From: Oscillospiraceae bacterium
GTDB taxonomy: Bacteria; Bacillota; Clostridia; Oscillospirales; CAG-272
NCBI GenBank assembly: GCA_015065295.1
Contig: SVQN01000005.1
Span: forward strand, 2,133 to 66,132
DNA: 64,000 nt
Reading direction: 5' to 3'
Part shown: piece after piece, positions 47,203 through 56,422 of the stretch
Numbering within the stretch: position 1 is the first letter of the stretch
How the letters are laid out: every line of letters begins with the position of its first letter
The notes under the pieces: model-generated
Databases searched by the model: none
Seen by the model: the letters and a program-made list of their open reading frames with translations, nothing else
What the model was told of the DNA's origin: nothing
Position numbers and translations under genes: made by a program

Positions 47203-47718
47203 ATGTAGAATACCAAACTGTACGTTTGGATTAATTAGGAAGAAAAATGACCTAAAGGTCATTTTTCAATTTTATGTCCCTGCGCGGGACGGCGCACAAA
47301 GGGGCTCAGACGCCGCCCCTTTGTGAATTCCCGGCTAAACGTTCGTGGGACTCGGCCTTGAGGCCTCAGACATACAGCGGTTTGCCCGCATTCAGATTAT
47401 TAGGAAGAGACAAAGTACTGTGCAAATTTGTCCAAATCGTTCGTTCACTACAAACAGCCGTAAGGGATAATTGCAAATTTAGGTTCCACTTTTCAGCAAA
47501 ACAAAATCACTGTTCTTCCGTGCGATCTGCTGAGTGAACACCGCTGTCTGTTTGAGCCCTCAAGGGCGAGTCCCCCGAACGCTAAGCCGGGAATTCATAA
47601 AGGGGCGGCGTTTGAGCCCCTTTATGCGCCGTCCGCGTAGGACATTAATTCTGAAAACCGCTTCAGCGGTTTTCTTCCTTTCAAACGAACGGTTTGCACT
47701 TCCCACCCCGCTGTAAGC
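47203..47718 (-). repeat. L-family multi-hairpin element L3 (inverted relative to L1/2/4/5)
   Basis: Same arms; the core is in reverse-complement order. Fills the parA-parB gap, ending 5 nt from the parA stop. Confidence 0.85.
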
Positions 47719-47723
47719 AAACC

Positions 47724-48500
47724 TCAAACAACCCCGATCCGGGACAATACCTCCTCCGTGGCATCCGTATACGCGCGGCACGCCTTGGAGTACTTGTCGT
47801 GGTAGTTGATCGGCGTGCCGAACCCCGGTGCCTCCGAGAGCTTCACCGCCCGCGGAATCGTTGTGGAAAGCAGCTTGTCCGCGTAATATTTCTTGATTTC
47901 GTCAAGTACCTGTACCGACAGATTCAACCGTCCGTTGTACATCGTAATCAGAATTCCCAGAATCGACAGATCGTGATTGTACAGCTTCTTGACGTTCCGG
48001 ATCGTCAGCATCAGCTGCGTCAGCCCTTCCAGCGCGTAGTATTCGCACTGCATCGGGATAATGACCCCGTTCGATGCCGTCAGTGCATTGATCGTCAGCA
48101 TCGACAGCGACGGCGGACAGTCGATCATCACCAGATCGTACGCGTCCCCCAGCTTCACGATGAACTGCTTTAACTTTGCTTCACGGTTGTCGAGGTCAAC
48201 CAGCTCGAATTCTGCCCCCGCCAGACTGATCGTGGACGGAACGATCGACAGATTCTCGAATTCGGTCTTGATAATGCAGTCTTCCGGAGACGCATCGTCG
48301 ATAAGCGCATCATAGATGCTTTTCTTGATATTCTTTTTGGTAATGCCCACGCCGCTGGTGGAGTTGCCCTGCGGGTCTTCGTCGATGAGCAGGACACGCT
48401 GTCCCATCGCCGCCGCACAGCTCGCGATGTTCACGCAGGAGGTCGTTTTGCCGACTCCGCCCTTCTGATTGGCGAAGGAGATGACATAAGGTTTGGTCAT
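47724..48500 (-). CDS. soj: chromosome partitioning ATPase ParA/Soj
   Basis: ISFANQKGGVGKTTSCVNIA is the deviant Walker A. Also LLIDEDPQGN. Confidence 0.96.
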   Translation of the reverse strand: MTKPYVISFANQKGGVGKTTSCVNIASCAAAMGQRVLLIDEDPQGNSTSGVGITKKNIKKSIYDALIDDASPEDCIIKTEFENLSIVPSTISLAGAEFELVDLDNREAKLKQFIVKLGDAYDLVMIDCPPSLSMLTINALTASNGVIIPMQCEYYALEGLTQLMLTIRNVKKLYNHDLSILGILITMYNGRLNLSVQVLDEIKKYYADKLLSTTIPRAVKLSEAPGFGTPINYHDKYSKACRAYTDATEEVLSRIGVV

Positions 48501-48589
48501 AAAACGCTTCGGAAAATGGATTCCCTTCTACAAAATCTATACTGTAATTATAGTAAATTTCGCAGCAGATGTCAACAGCTATTGAAAAA

Positions 48590-48605
48590 TGTTTCACGTG
48601 AAACA
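48590..48605. promoter_or_regulatory. parS site, perfect palindrome
   Basis: TGTTTCACGTGAAACA with the same AAAA/TTTT flanks as the site at 13838. Confidence 0.9.
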
Positions 48606-48704
48606 TTTTTCATTTACAATTTCATTATACCACAAAGATATACGTTTGTCAATATTAGAATATAGAAAAATGACCGAACCGGTCATTTTTCTATCCAGTA
48701 TACC

Positions 48705-49547
48705 CTATACCGCTTTCGGCAGAAGGATCGAGATCAGCGTCCCGCTTTCGGTTTCCTTCCGCGTGGATTCGACGGGGATCCCGCTTTTTTTGATGACATC
48801 CACCGCATGGTCGATCGAATTGTAGAAGATCCGGATGTCCTTGATAATCAGCTTATGACGCTGTTCGCTTTTCGGCGGCTTGCTGCGGATCTCCGCCGCG
48901 CGGGATTCCGCACATAACAGCGATTCAATGTATTCCTCCGCCGCCGCAACGTTCATTCCCCGCTCCGCGAAGATTTCAATCACGCGTATCCGTTCGGCTT
49001 CCTCCGATAACCGCAGGAGCGCACGCGCATGACGTTCCGTCAGACCGTTTTTGAGAATCCGTTCCCGTTCGTCCTTGGAAAACCGCAGCAGGCGGAGTTT
49101 GTTCGCAATGTACGATTGACTGACCGCCAGCCGCCGCGCACACTGCTCCTGCGTCATCCCGGATAAACCGATCAGGGAGCCGATGGCGGTCGCTTCCTCG
49201 AACATATTCAAATCCTCGCGGTGCAGATTCTCAATGATCGCAATGACCGCCGCGTCCACTTCGCTTGCCTCGATCGCAACGCACGGGACGGTATCCAGCC
49301 CCGCGATTTCCGCTGCACGGAGCCGCCGTTCCCCGGCGATGAGATGGAACACCGGAATGCAGTCGGTGGCCGGTTCTTTACGAACGAGCAGCGGCTCGAG
49401 GATGCCGTGTTCCTTGATGCTCGCGGCAAGCGCACGCAGACTTTCGTCGTAGGCGACTTGCCGGATGCGCCCGTCCGGGACGACGATGTCCTGCACGTCC
49501 ACATCGCGGATGACCTTCGTAATTTCTTTCAGCTTTCCCCAGAACAT
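48705..49547 (-). CDS. noc: ParB-like nucleoid occlusion protein Noc
   Basis: Start moved to MFWGKLKEITK (AGGAGG RBS). HLIAGERRLRAAEIAGL and ENLHREDLN. Position upstream of soj. The track ORF N-terminus reads into L4. Confidence 0.88.
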   Translation of the reverse strand: MFWGKLKEITKVIRDVDVQDIVVPDGRIRQVAYDESLRALAASIKEHGILEPLLVRKEPATDCIPVFHLIAGERRLRAAEIAGLDTVPCVAIEASEVDAAVIAIIENLHREDLNMFEEATAIGSLIGLSGMTQEQCARRLAVSQSYIANKLRLLRFSKDERERILKNGLTERHARALLRLSEEAERIRVIEIFAERGMNVAAAEEYIESLLCAESRAAEIRSKPPKSEQRHKLIIKDIRIFYNSIDHAVDVIKKSGIPVESTRKETESGTLISILLPKAV

Positions 49548-49580
49548 AGATTTTGTACCTCCTGTGATTTGGATGTATGT

Positions 49581-50116
49581 ATGGCTTACAGCGGTGGAGA
49601 ATACCAAACTGTACGTTTGGATTAATAGGAAGAAAACCGCTAAAGCGGTTTTCAATTTTATGTCCCTGCGCGGGACGGCGCACAAAGGGGCTCAAACGCC
49701 GCCCCTTTGTGAATTCCCGGCTTAGCGTTCGGGGGACTCGCCCTTAAGGGCTCAGACATACAGCGGTTTGCACTCAGCAGATCGCACGGAAGAACAGCAA
49801 TTTCGTTCAACCAAAGGTAGAATCTGAATTTTAAGTTTGCCTTCACGGCTGTTTGTAGTGAACTTACGATTTGGACAGATTTGCACAGTACTTAGTCCCT
49901 TCCTAAAAATCTGAATGCGGGCAAACCGCTGTCTGTCCGAGGCCTCAAGGCCGAGTCCCCCGAACGACTTTCAAAGCCAGCAATTCACAAAGGGGCGGCG
50001 TCTGAGCCCCTTTGTGCGCCGTCCGCGTAGGACATAAAATTCTGAAAACCGCTTTAGCGGTTTTCTTCCTTTCAATGCAAACGAACGGTTTGCACATCCC
50101 CCACCGCTGTAGGCAT
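49581..50116 (+). repeat. L-family multi-hairpin element L4 (longest copy)
   Basis: Extended outer arms ATGGCTTACAGCGGTGGAGAATACCAAACTGTACGTTTGGATTAATAGGAAGAAAA / inverted partner. Begins 34 nt upstream of the noc start codon. Confidence 0.85.
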
Positions 50117-50183
50117 ATTATACACCTCCGGAGGAAATAAACCTGTCTCAATCCGCTGTTTGATTTTTGAACCTCCTGTGGGA

Positions 50184-50224
50184 AAAACAAAAAACTCACG
50201 GACGATTGGTGCTCTCGCCGTGAG
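50184..50224 (-). terminator. intrinsic terminator after rsmG
   Basis: Minus strand CTCACGG..CCGTGAG followed by TTTTTTGTTTTT. Confidence 0.6.
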
Positions 50225-50258
50225 TTTATCCCTTGCCGTCGGGAAATGCGGACTTGCC

Positions 50259-51032
50259 TCAGCCCAGCGGTTGTTTCGTGATTTCTGCGTATCTGCGGGG
50301 GAATTTTTCGGGAGTGTCGCCGTTTTTGCGGTAAAAGATCACACAGCGCGTGTCGCCCCCGGGAAGTTCGTAGTCGATTTTCGCTTCCTTTGTCAGTCCG
50401 AGAAGAGGTGCCGCCGCGTCGCCGTGCTGCATTTCTTCCTCCGCGTGCGACTTCAGTGCCGCGAAAACACCGCCCTTCTTTACCAGCGGCGCGCACAGTT
50501 CCATCAGAACCGGCAGATTCGCTACCGCGCGCGCGGTCACGAGGTCGAATTTTCCGCGATACGGTCCCTTCTTCGCCATCCCGAATTCTTCCGCACGTCC
50601 CGCAATCGCCGTAACATTCGTCAGTCCGACGTACTTCGCCGCCGCGTTGATGTGGGAAATTTTCTTCGCCGTGGAATCAATTCCGGTCAGACGGGTCTCC
50701 GGGGAAATTTTCGCAAGTCCCGCCGCCATCGGGAGAAGCGGGAATCCCGCACCTGTGCCGATGTCCGCCAGCGTCTTCGGAAGTCCGCAGGTGTCCGCGA
50801 TCAGTGCCAGCGGGATGAGCGAGTCAATCAGGTGCTTCCGGATGATTTCCGCCGGCTCCGTGATCGAGGTCAGGTTGAATTTTTTCGCGTCGTCGATGAG
50901 AGAATCCGCGATGAGGTACAGGCGGCGGACGGTTTCCGCGTCGGTCAGCTCGTCGTGAATGCTGCCGTAGTCTACATACCGGGTCTGTTCGTCGTACAGC
51001 GCGGCAAAGGTTTCGTAAGTGAGTTCAGACAT
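50259..51032 (-). CDS. rsmG: 16S rRNA (guanine527-N7)-methyltransferase RsmG
   Basis: Start moved to MSELTYETFAALY. LADIGTGAGFPLLPMA SAM motif, and ARAVA. Confidence 0.93.
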   Translation of the reverse strand: MSELTYETFAALYDEQTRYVDYGSIHDELTDAETVRRLYLIADSLIDDAKKFNLTSITEPAEIIRKHLIDSLIPLALIADTCGLPKTLADIGTGAGFPLLPMAAGLAKISPETRLTGIDSTAKKISHINAAAKYVGLTNVTAIAGRAEEFGMAKKGPYRGKFDLVTARAVANLPVLMELCAPLVKKGGVFAALKSHAEEEMQHGDAAAPLLGLTKEAKIDYELPGGDTRCVIFYRKNGDTPEKFPRRYAEITKQPLG

Positions 51033-51093
51033 GATGTCGTCCTTTCGTAATACGGTCGTTTCGGAAAAGTCTGCACTTTTCCACAGAATGTTT

Positions 51094-52311
51094 TTACTCC
51101 CAGTACAGGTCAAAATACATATTTTCGATGGTTTCCACAGGATGTGTTTTGCTGAAATCTTCGTCGGTGTCCGGTTCGATGACCGGCGTGTGCGCGAGGT
51201 CTTCGAGGAACTGCCCCAGCATCGCCGCCGAATCCGGTTTGGCGATCGCGGCAATGCAGTCCCGCATCGCCGACAGACGGACGTCCGAGGTGAGAAGCTG
51301 ATACAGGCATTCGTCGATCGGACAGGTGTCCGATGTTGCCAGCGCGCAGCCGTTGTTCAGGAGGAATTCCGCGTTGCGCTCTTCCTGTCCGGGAATCGGG
51401 TTGGCGATAATCATCGGCAGATGCTTCGCAAGGGCTTCGCTTGTCGTCAGTCCGCCCGGCTTGGTGATGATCGCGTCGGATGCGTCCATCATCTGCGGGA
51501 TCGTTTTGACGAATCCCGTGACGAGCATCGGATGGCGCGAGGTTTTTGCGATTCGGTCAATGTCCTCCTTCATGTCGGCGTTGTTGCCGCAGACGACGAT
51601 GAGCTGGAAATCCTGTTCCGTGTCGAGCGCGTCGATTTTCCGGACGTTTTCCGCCATGTTGCCGTAGCCCATCGACCCGCCCATCACGAGGAACGTGCGG
51701 AGGTTTTCGTCGATGCCGAGGAACCGGCGCGCCTCCTTCTGCGGCATGGTTTCGGAAAATTTCGGATTGATCGGTATGCCGAAGGAGAGAATCTGGTCGT
51801 CGGCGAACCCTTTGCGCCGTGCCTGCGGGAGAAGAAGACGGTCGGGAACGACGACGTAATCGTTCGCGGTGCAGTCCTCCCAGTAGGGATGGAACGTGAA
51901 GTCGGTGAGAATGCCGACGGTGCGGTTGGTGATGATCCGCTTTTTCTTCATGATGCCGAGCAGGATGCCCGCAAACGGATGGGTGAAGAGAATCGCGTCG
52001 TAATCGTCCGCGCGGATGTATTCGGCGAGTTCCTCCGCGCCCGCGCGTTTGATGAGGTTGGCGGGCGTGTATTCACGTTCGCTGGCACGCCGTTTTTCAG
52101 CAAGCTCGTAGCCGAATTTCCATGCAAATTTCGCTTTTTCTGTGACAAGGAGGTACCCTTCGGAAATGAGCTTGGCGAATTCGGGAGAGAAGTAGTCGAA
52201 GGTATCAAGGATTGTGCAGTCCGCGCCGCGGTTTTCCAGTTCGGTACGGATGGCGCGCGCGGTGGAATTATGTCCTTCGCCGGCGGTGACGGATAAAATG
52301 AGGAAATTCAT
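51094..52311 (-). CDS. GT28-family glycolipid glycosyltransferase (MGDG synthase / UgtP-like)
   Basis: MNFLILSVTAGEGHNSTARAI N-terminus, and ITKPGGLTTSEALA near the C-terminus. Confidence 0.85.
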   Translation of the reverse strand: MNFLILSVTAGEGHNSTARAIRTELENRGADCTILDTFDYFSPEFAKLISEGYLLVTEKAKFAWKFGYELAEKRRASEREYTPANLIKRAGAEELAEYIRADDYDAILFTHPFAGILLGIMKKKRIITNRTVGILTDFTFHPYWEDCTANDYVVVPDRLLLPQARRKGFADDQILSFGIPINPKFSETMPQKEARRFLGIDENLRTFLVMGGSMGYGNMAENVRKIDALDTEQDFQLIVVCGNNADMKEDIDRIAKTSRHPMLVTGFVKTIPQMMDASDAIITKPGGLTTSEALAKHLPMIIANPIPGQEERNAEFLLNNGCALATSDTCPIDECLYQLLTSDVRLSAMRDCIAAIAKPDSAAMLGQFLEDLAHTPVIEPDTDEDFSKTHPVETIENMYFDLYWE

Positions 52312-52356
52312 AGGGACGCTCCTTTCGGGAATATTGGGATGCGGGAAAAGCGGGGT

Positions 52357-52974
52357 TTACTTTCCGTTCTTCCCTTTTTGTTGTGGCTGAATGCCTTTCG
52401 GCGGTGTTTTTTTCTTCTTTTTGTCCATGCCGAACCCGATTTTGCCGATTTTCCTGCCGATCTCGAAGTATTCCCCATGTGCGAACGTGCAGAGATGCGC
52501 GCGGTCGAGACAGAGGTGTCCTTCTTTGTCGAGCAGTTCCTCCTCAACTGTGACCTGCACCACGTCTGCGAGGAACATATCGTGCGAACCCTGCGGAAGA
52601 ATGTCTGTCACGCGGCATTCAAGAGCCAGCGGGGACTGTGCCAGCGTCGGGCAGGAAACCGCGGCGGACGGCGTGAGCGTGAGTCCGGTTTTTGCGAATT
52701 TGTCCACGCACCGTCCGGTGACGGTGCCGACGTAGTCGCAGGTTTTCGCCAGCGCGGCGGGGGTCAGATTGAGGACGAACTCGCGGCTGTCGCGGATGAG
52801 GGCATAGGAGTGGCGGGTCGGCCGGATGGAAACATACACGCGCGGCGGATGCGTGGAAACAATTCCGCACCATGCGGCGGTGAACACGTTGGTCTTTCCG
52901 TCATGTTCGCAGGTGACCATAACGGCAGGAAGCGGCGCAAGAAGTGCCGAGCCTTTCCAGGAGATTCTGGGCAT
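52357..52974 (-). CDS. flavin reductase-like FMN-binding domain protein
   Basis: PLPAVMVTC....NVFTAAW....S..PP.V.VSIRP.R.S..LI is the split-barrel pattern. Lys-rich tail. Confidence 0.8.
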   Translation of the reverse strand: MPRISWKGSALLAPLPAVMVTCEHDGKTNVFTAAWCGIVSTHPPRVYVSIRPTRHSYALIRDSREFVLNLTPAALAKTCDYVGTVTGRCVDKFAKTGLTLTPSAAVSCPTLAQSPLALECRVTDILPQGSHDMFLADVVQVTVEEELLDKEGHLCLDRAHLCTFAHGEYFEIGRKIGKIGFGMDKKKKKTPPKGIQPQQKGKNGK

Positions 52975-52981
52975 GGGTGGA

Positions 52982-53040
52982 TTTCTTGGGGGAATCTTTT
53001 TTGTAAAAAAGATTCCCCCAAACCCCTTTCAAAAAACTTC
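52982..53040 (-). repeat. U-family hairpin element U13
   Basis: tttcttGGGGGAATCTTTTTTgtAAAAAAGATTCCCCCaaacccctttcaaaaaacttc. Confidence 0.7.
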
Positions 53041-53072
53041 AGTCTGGGAAAATGGATTTGGAATGTGCGGAT

Positions 53073-54053
53073 TTATTCTTCCCCGATGGTTTCGAGGATA
53101 TTTACAAATTCGGATAACGTTTCCGCGTGATTGAGACGTTCGCGGACGCGTGCGGCACCGCGCATTCCTTTGATGAAATAGGCCGCGCGGGAACGGGATT
53201 CGCGGACGCCGACGGGTTCGCCGTGTTCGCGGACAACCGCTTCGACGAGAGAAATCGCAAGAGCCTTGATTTCGTCCACAGTCGGCGGGACAAAATGTTC
53301 CGGATCGGACAGCTCGCGGAAAATCCACGGATTTCCCAGAGCGGCACGGCCGACGGCAACTTCCGTACAGCCGCAGGCAAGATAGCGTTCCGCGTCATTG
53401 AGAGTTTCGATGTCGCCGTTTCCGACGAGAATGACGGATTTTTCAAGTCCGCGCAGAGCTTCTGCGACGGATGCCGCATGAGACGGATCGGCGGAGGGCA
53501 TATACATCTGCTCACGGGTGCGGCAGTGGATCGTGATTTTGGATGCACCGGCACGCACCATCGCGGCGGCAAATTCCGCGCAGTTGATGTGACCGGAATC
53601 CCACCCGGCGCGGATCTTGACGGAGAGCGGCACACCGAACTTCGCGCAGACTTCCGCAGCGGCAGAGGTCACAGCGCAGGCAGTATCGGGTGTCCGCATA
53701 AGGGAGGAACCGTCGCCGGACGTCACGATTTTTTTGACGGGACAGCCCATATTGATGTCGATACCGGCAGGCGGCGCGGCATAAGAGCAGCCGGGATAGT
53801 CTCCGGAGAGGAGCTTCCGCGCGGCCTCGGCCATCATCGCAGGGTCGTGCCCAAACAACTGGAGGATGACGGGAGCTTCGCCCTCGCCGATTTTGGCAAG
53901 TACGGCGGTTTTCCGGTCGCCCATACACATAGCGACGGAGGAGATCATTTCGGACACGACGTAGTCGGCACCGAAGTCTGCGGCGATCTTCCGGAGGGGA
54001 AAATCGGTATACCCCGCCATCGGAGCGAGGGAGGAGGTGATTTTTTTCTTCAT
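53073..54053 (-). CDS. dusB: tRNA-dihydrouridine synthase
   Basis: LAPMAGYTDFPLR and INMGCPVKK catalytic Cys motif. Confidence 0.93.
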   Translation of the reverse strand: MKKKITSSLAPMAGYTDFPLRKIAADFGADYVVSEMISSVAMCMGDRKTAVLAKIGEGEAPVILQLFGHDPAMMAEAARKLLSGDYPGCSYAAPPAGIDINMGCPVKKIVTSGDGSSLMRTPDTACAVTSAAAEVCAKFGVPLSVKIRAGWDSGHINCAEFAAAMVRAGASKITIHCRTREQMYMPSADPSHAASVAEALRGLEKSVILVGNGDIETLNDAERYLACGCTEVAVGRAALGNPWIFRELSDPEHFVPPTVDEIKALAISLVEAVVREHGEPVGVRESRSRAAYFIKGMRGAARVRERLNHAETLSEFVNILETIGEE

Positions 54054-54075
54054 AGTGTTGATTATGATGTACGTT

Positions 54076-54584
54076 ATGGCTTACAGCGGTGGAGAATACC
54101 AAACTGTTCGTTTGCATTGAAAGGAAGAAAAATGACCGTTCCGGTCATTTTTCAATTTTATGTCCCTACGCGGGACGGCGCACAAAGGGGCTCAGACGCC
54201 GCCCCTTTGTGAATTCCTAGCTTGCCGTTCGGGGGACTCGGCCTTGAGGCCTCAGACATACAGCGGTTTGCACTCAGCAGACCGCACGGAAGAACAGAAA
54301 TACAGTTTTGCAAAAAGGTGGAACTTAAATTTACAGGTATCCCTCACGGCTGTTTGTAGTGAACGAACGCTTTGGACAGATTTGCACCCAACCTTGTCTC
54401 TTCCGAAGGGTCTGAATGCGGGCAAACCGCTGTCTGTCCGAGGCCTTAAGGCCGAGTCCCACTTCCGTCAAGCCAGAAATTCACAAAGGGGCGGCGACTG
54501 AGCCCCTTTGTGCGCCGTCCGCGTAGGACATAAAATTTTGAAAAACGCCTTCAGGCGTTTTTCTACCTTTTGCGGCGAAGCCGC
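54076..54584 (+). repeat. L-family multi-hairpin element L5
   Basis: Left end of the long type (as L4), right end of the short type (as L1). Fills the mreD-dusB gap. Confidence 0.85.
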
Positions 54585-54587
54585 GCT

Positions 54588-55277
54588 TCACTGAACTTTC
54601 GCATCACGCGACTTGTTAAACGGCCGCAGCGCAAAATACGCCGCCGCGTGCGGAATTACCGCAAACAGCAGGTTCGCCGCAAATTCCGGCAGAACAACGC
54701 CGATAACGGCCGTTGCCAACGAAATGTCCCCGACCGTCATGGCCAGCGTGGTGAACGTGAAAATCGCACGCACAGCGGACGATATCCCCGTGTACAGCGC
54801 GCGAACCGCCGCCGAATCACGGAAATAATAAATCGTCAGTAAGCCGCAGACATAGCCCGACGGCATATATAACAGCGGCAGCAGCGTCAGACGGGAACCG
54901 CCCAGCGATTCGATCACAAACGCGGCGATCAGCCCGACCACCGCGCCCCAGCGTTCCCGCTCGGTCATCGCTATGGCAATCACCAGCGGCAGAATCAGGT
55001 CGGGGACTGCCCCGAACGGTCGGAACCGCGTGAACAGCGTCGTCTGAATGAGGGAAAATACCACGATCAGAAGAGCGCAGACCGCCCCCTTCGCAATCGC
55101 TTCACCGTCCATGTTCAGCGCAAGCCGCCATTCGCGGAACCGGTCGGTCAGACTTTCGCTGCCGGGTTCGCGCGGAGACGCAGACGGTGCTTCCCTGTCC
55201 GCATTTTCCCGGGAACGGTCAGGGGTTCTGGGATTGTTGTTCATACGTTTTTGAGAAAACGTGGAGTTATTCCACAT
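54588..55277 (-). CDS. mreD: rod shape-determining protein MreD (start uncertain)
   Basis: Polytopic membrane C-terminal about 170 aa directly after mreC. The hydrophilic 55-aa N-terminal extension may not be translated; alternative starts at 55244 and 55112. Confidence 0.75.
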   Translation of the reverse strand: MWNNSTFSQKRMNNNPRTPDRSRENADREAPSASPREPGSESLTDRFREWRLALNMDGEAIAKGAVCALLIVVFSLIQTTLFTRFRPFGAVPDLILPLVIAIAMTERERWGAVVGLIAAFVIESLGGSRLTLLPLLYMPSGYVCGLLTIYYFRDSAAVRALYTGISSAVRAIFTFTTLAMTVGDISLATAVIGVVLPEFAANLLFAVIPHAAAYFALRPFNKSRDAKVQ

Positions 55278-56106
55278 AAATTTCGTAGTCGGTGATAATC
55301 ATGACCTGCGTCAGTTCCGAAAAATCGGCGGCGCATTTGACGGTTACGTCCGGCGAACGGGTGAATTCGTTGATCCCCACCGTTTCCACATAACCGATGA
55401 CCAGCCCGCGCGGATATACGCTTCCGAACCCGGTGGACAGTACGCGGTCGCCAACCTTCACGTCGGCTTCCGCCGGAAGATACGAGAGACGGCAGAGCCC
55501 GTCCGCGGAAAGTTCAAACGCCCCTTCGCAGATGCCCGCCTCATCCGTCCGCTCAATGTATGCACCGACGGCGGACTGCGCTTCCACGATGGTCGTCACT
55601 TTCGCCCAGTTGTAGCCGAGTTCCGTAATCTGTCCGACAATTCCTTCGGAGGTCACAACGGGCATATTCAGCTGAACGCCCGCGCCGGTACCGGCATCAA
55701 TAGTCAGAATCTTCGAATAATTGCCGCTTTCCCGGCCGGTGACGGAGGCGGAGAGCATCTTGAAATCCGTGTGCTGGGTCTTCATTTCCAGAAAACTGCT
55801 CATCCACGCACTGCGTTCTTCCAGTTCGGCGGCGTCGTAATTCTGCTTCTCCAGTTCGGCAATGCGTTCCCGAAGCGCGTTGTTCTCTTCAACCAGCTCG
55901 TCGAACTTGTAGAAATACGCCGCAAATCCGTCCAGAGCCTCCGTTGCGTAGTTGAACACCTTCTGCATGGGCGTCAGCAGCACGCATACCGCGTCGCGGA
56001 ACACAAACGTCAGTCCCATCGAATAAAAAATCGTCGGGACGATCGTGAAGAGCAGCGCAAGCACGGTCATGATATAGAAAAACTTGTTTTTGAAAAATTG
56101 TTTCAT
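55267..56106 (-). CDS. mreC: rod shape-determining protein MreC
   Basis: N-terminal TM, coiled-coil ENNALRERIAELEKQN, and beta-barrel motifs GIVGQITE. Confidence 0.92.
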   Translation of the reverse strand: MKQFFKNKFFYIMTVLALLFTIVPTIFYSMGLTFVFRDAVCVLLTPMQKVFNYATEALDGFAAYFYKFDELVEENNALRERIAELEKQNYDAAELEERSAWMSSFLEMKTQHTDFKMLSASVTGRESGNYSKILTIDAGTGAGVQLNMPVVTSEGIVGQITELGYNWAKVTTIVEAQSAVGAYIERTDEAGICEGAFELSADGLCRLSYLPAEADVKVGDRVLSTGFGSVYPRGLVIGYVETVGINEFTRSPDVTVKCAADFSELTQVMIITDYEIYVE

Positions 56107-56115
56107 AGAGGGATA

Positions 56116-56190
56116 TTTCTCGGGGAAAACCGGAGATTCCCTTCGGGAACTCCGAAAAAAGTTTCCCTCGAACCCCTTTCAAAAAACTTC
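56116..56190 (-). repeat. U-family hairpin element U14 (extra hairpin inserted in the loop)
   Basis: tttctcGGGGAAAAC[cggagattcccttcgggaactccg]AAAAAAGTTTCCCTCgaacccctttcaaaaaacttc. Confidence 0.6.
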
Positions 56191-56345
56191 AATTAAATAA
56201 AAGTAAATAAAAAAATAACGAATAATTCAAGCAGCACATCCCACTGTGCCGAGGTAACGAGGTCGCGAGCGATTTTCTCGGAAATTGGATCGCTTCCATT
56301 TGATGCACCGGAATTGCAGGAACGAAATCCTGTCCCATCCCAGCC

Positions 56346-56403
56346 GAAAAGTTTTTGAAGTGGGGTTTGGGGAGAAACTTTTTCCAAAAAGTTTCTCCCC
56401 AAC
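56346..56403 (+). repeat. U-family hairpin element U15
   Basis: gaaaagtttttgaagtggggttTGGGGAGAAACTTTTTccAAAAAGTTTCTCCCCAac. Confidence 0.7.
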
Positions 56404-56422
56404 GTTTCCCCAACGTTCCCCC

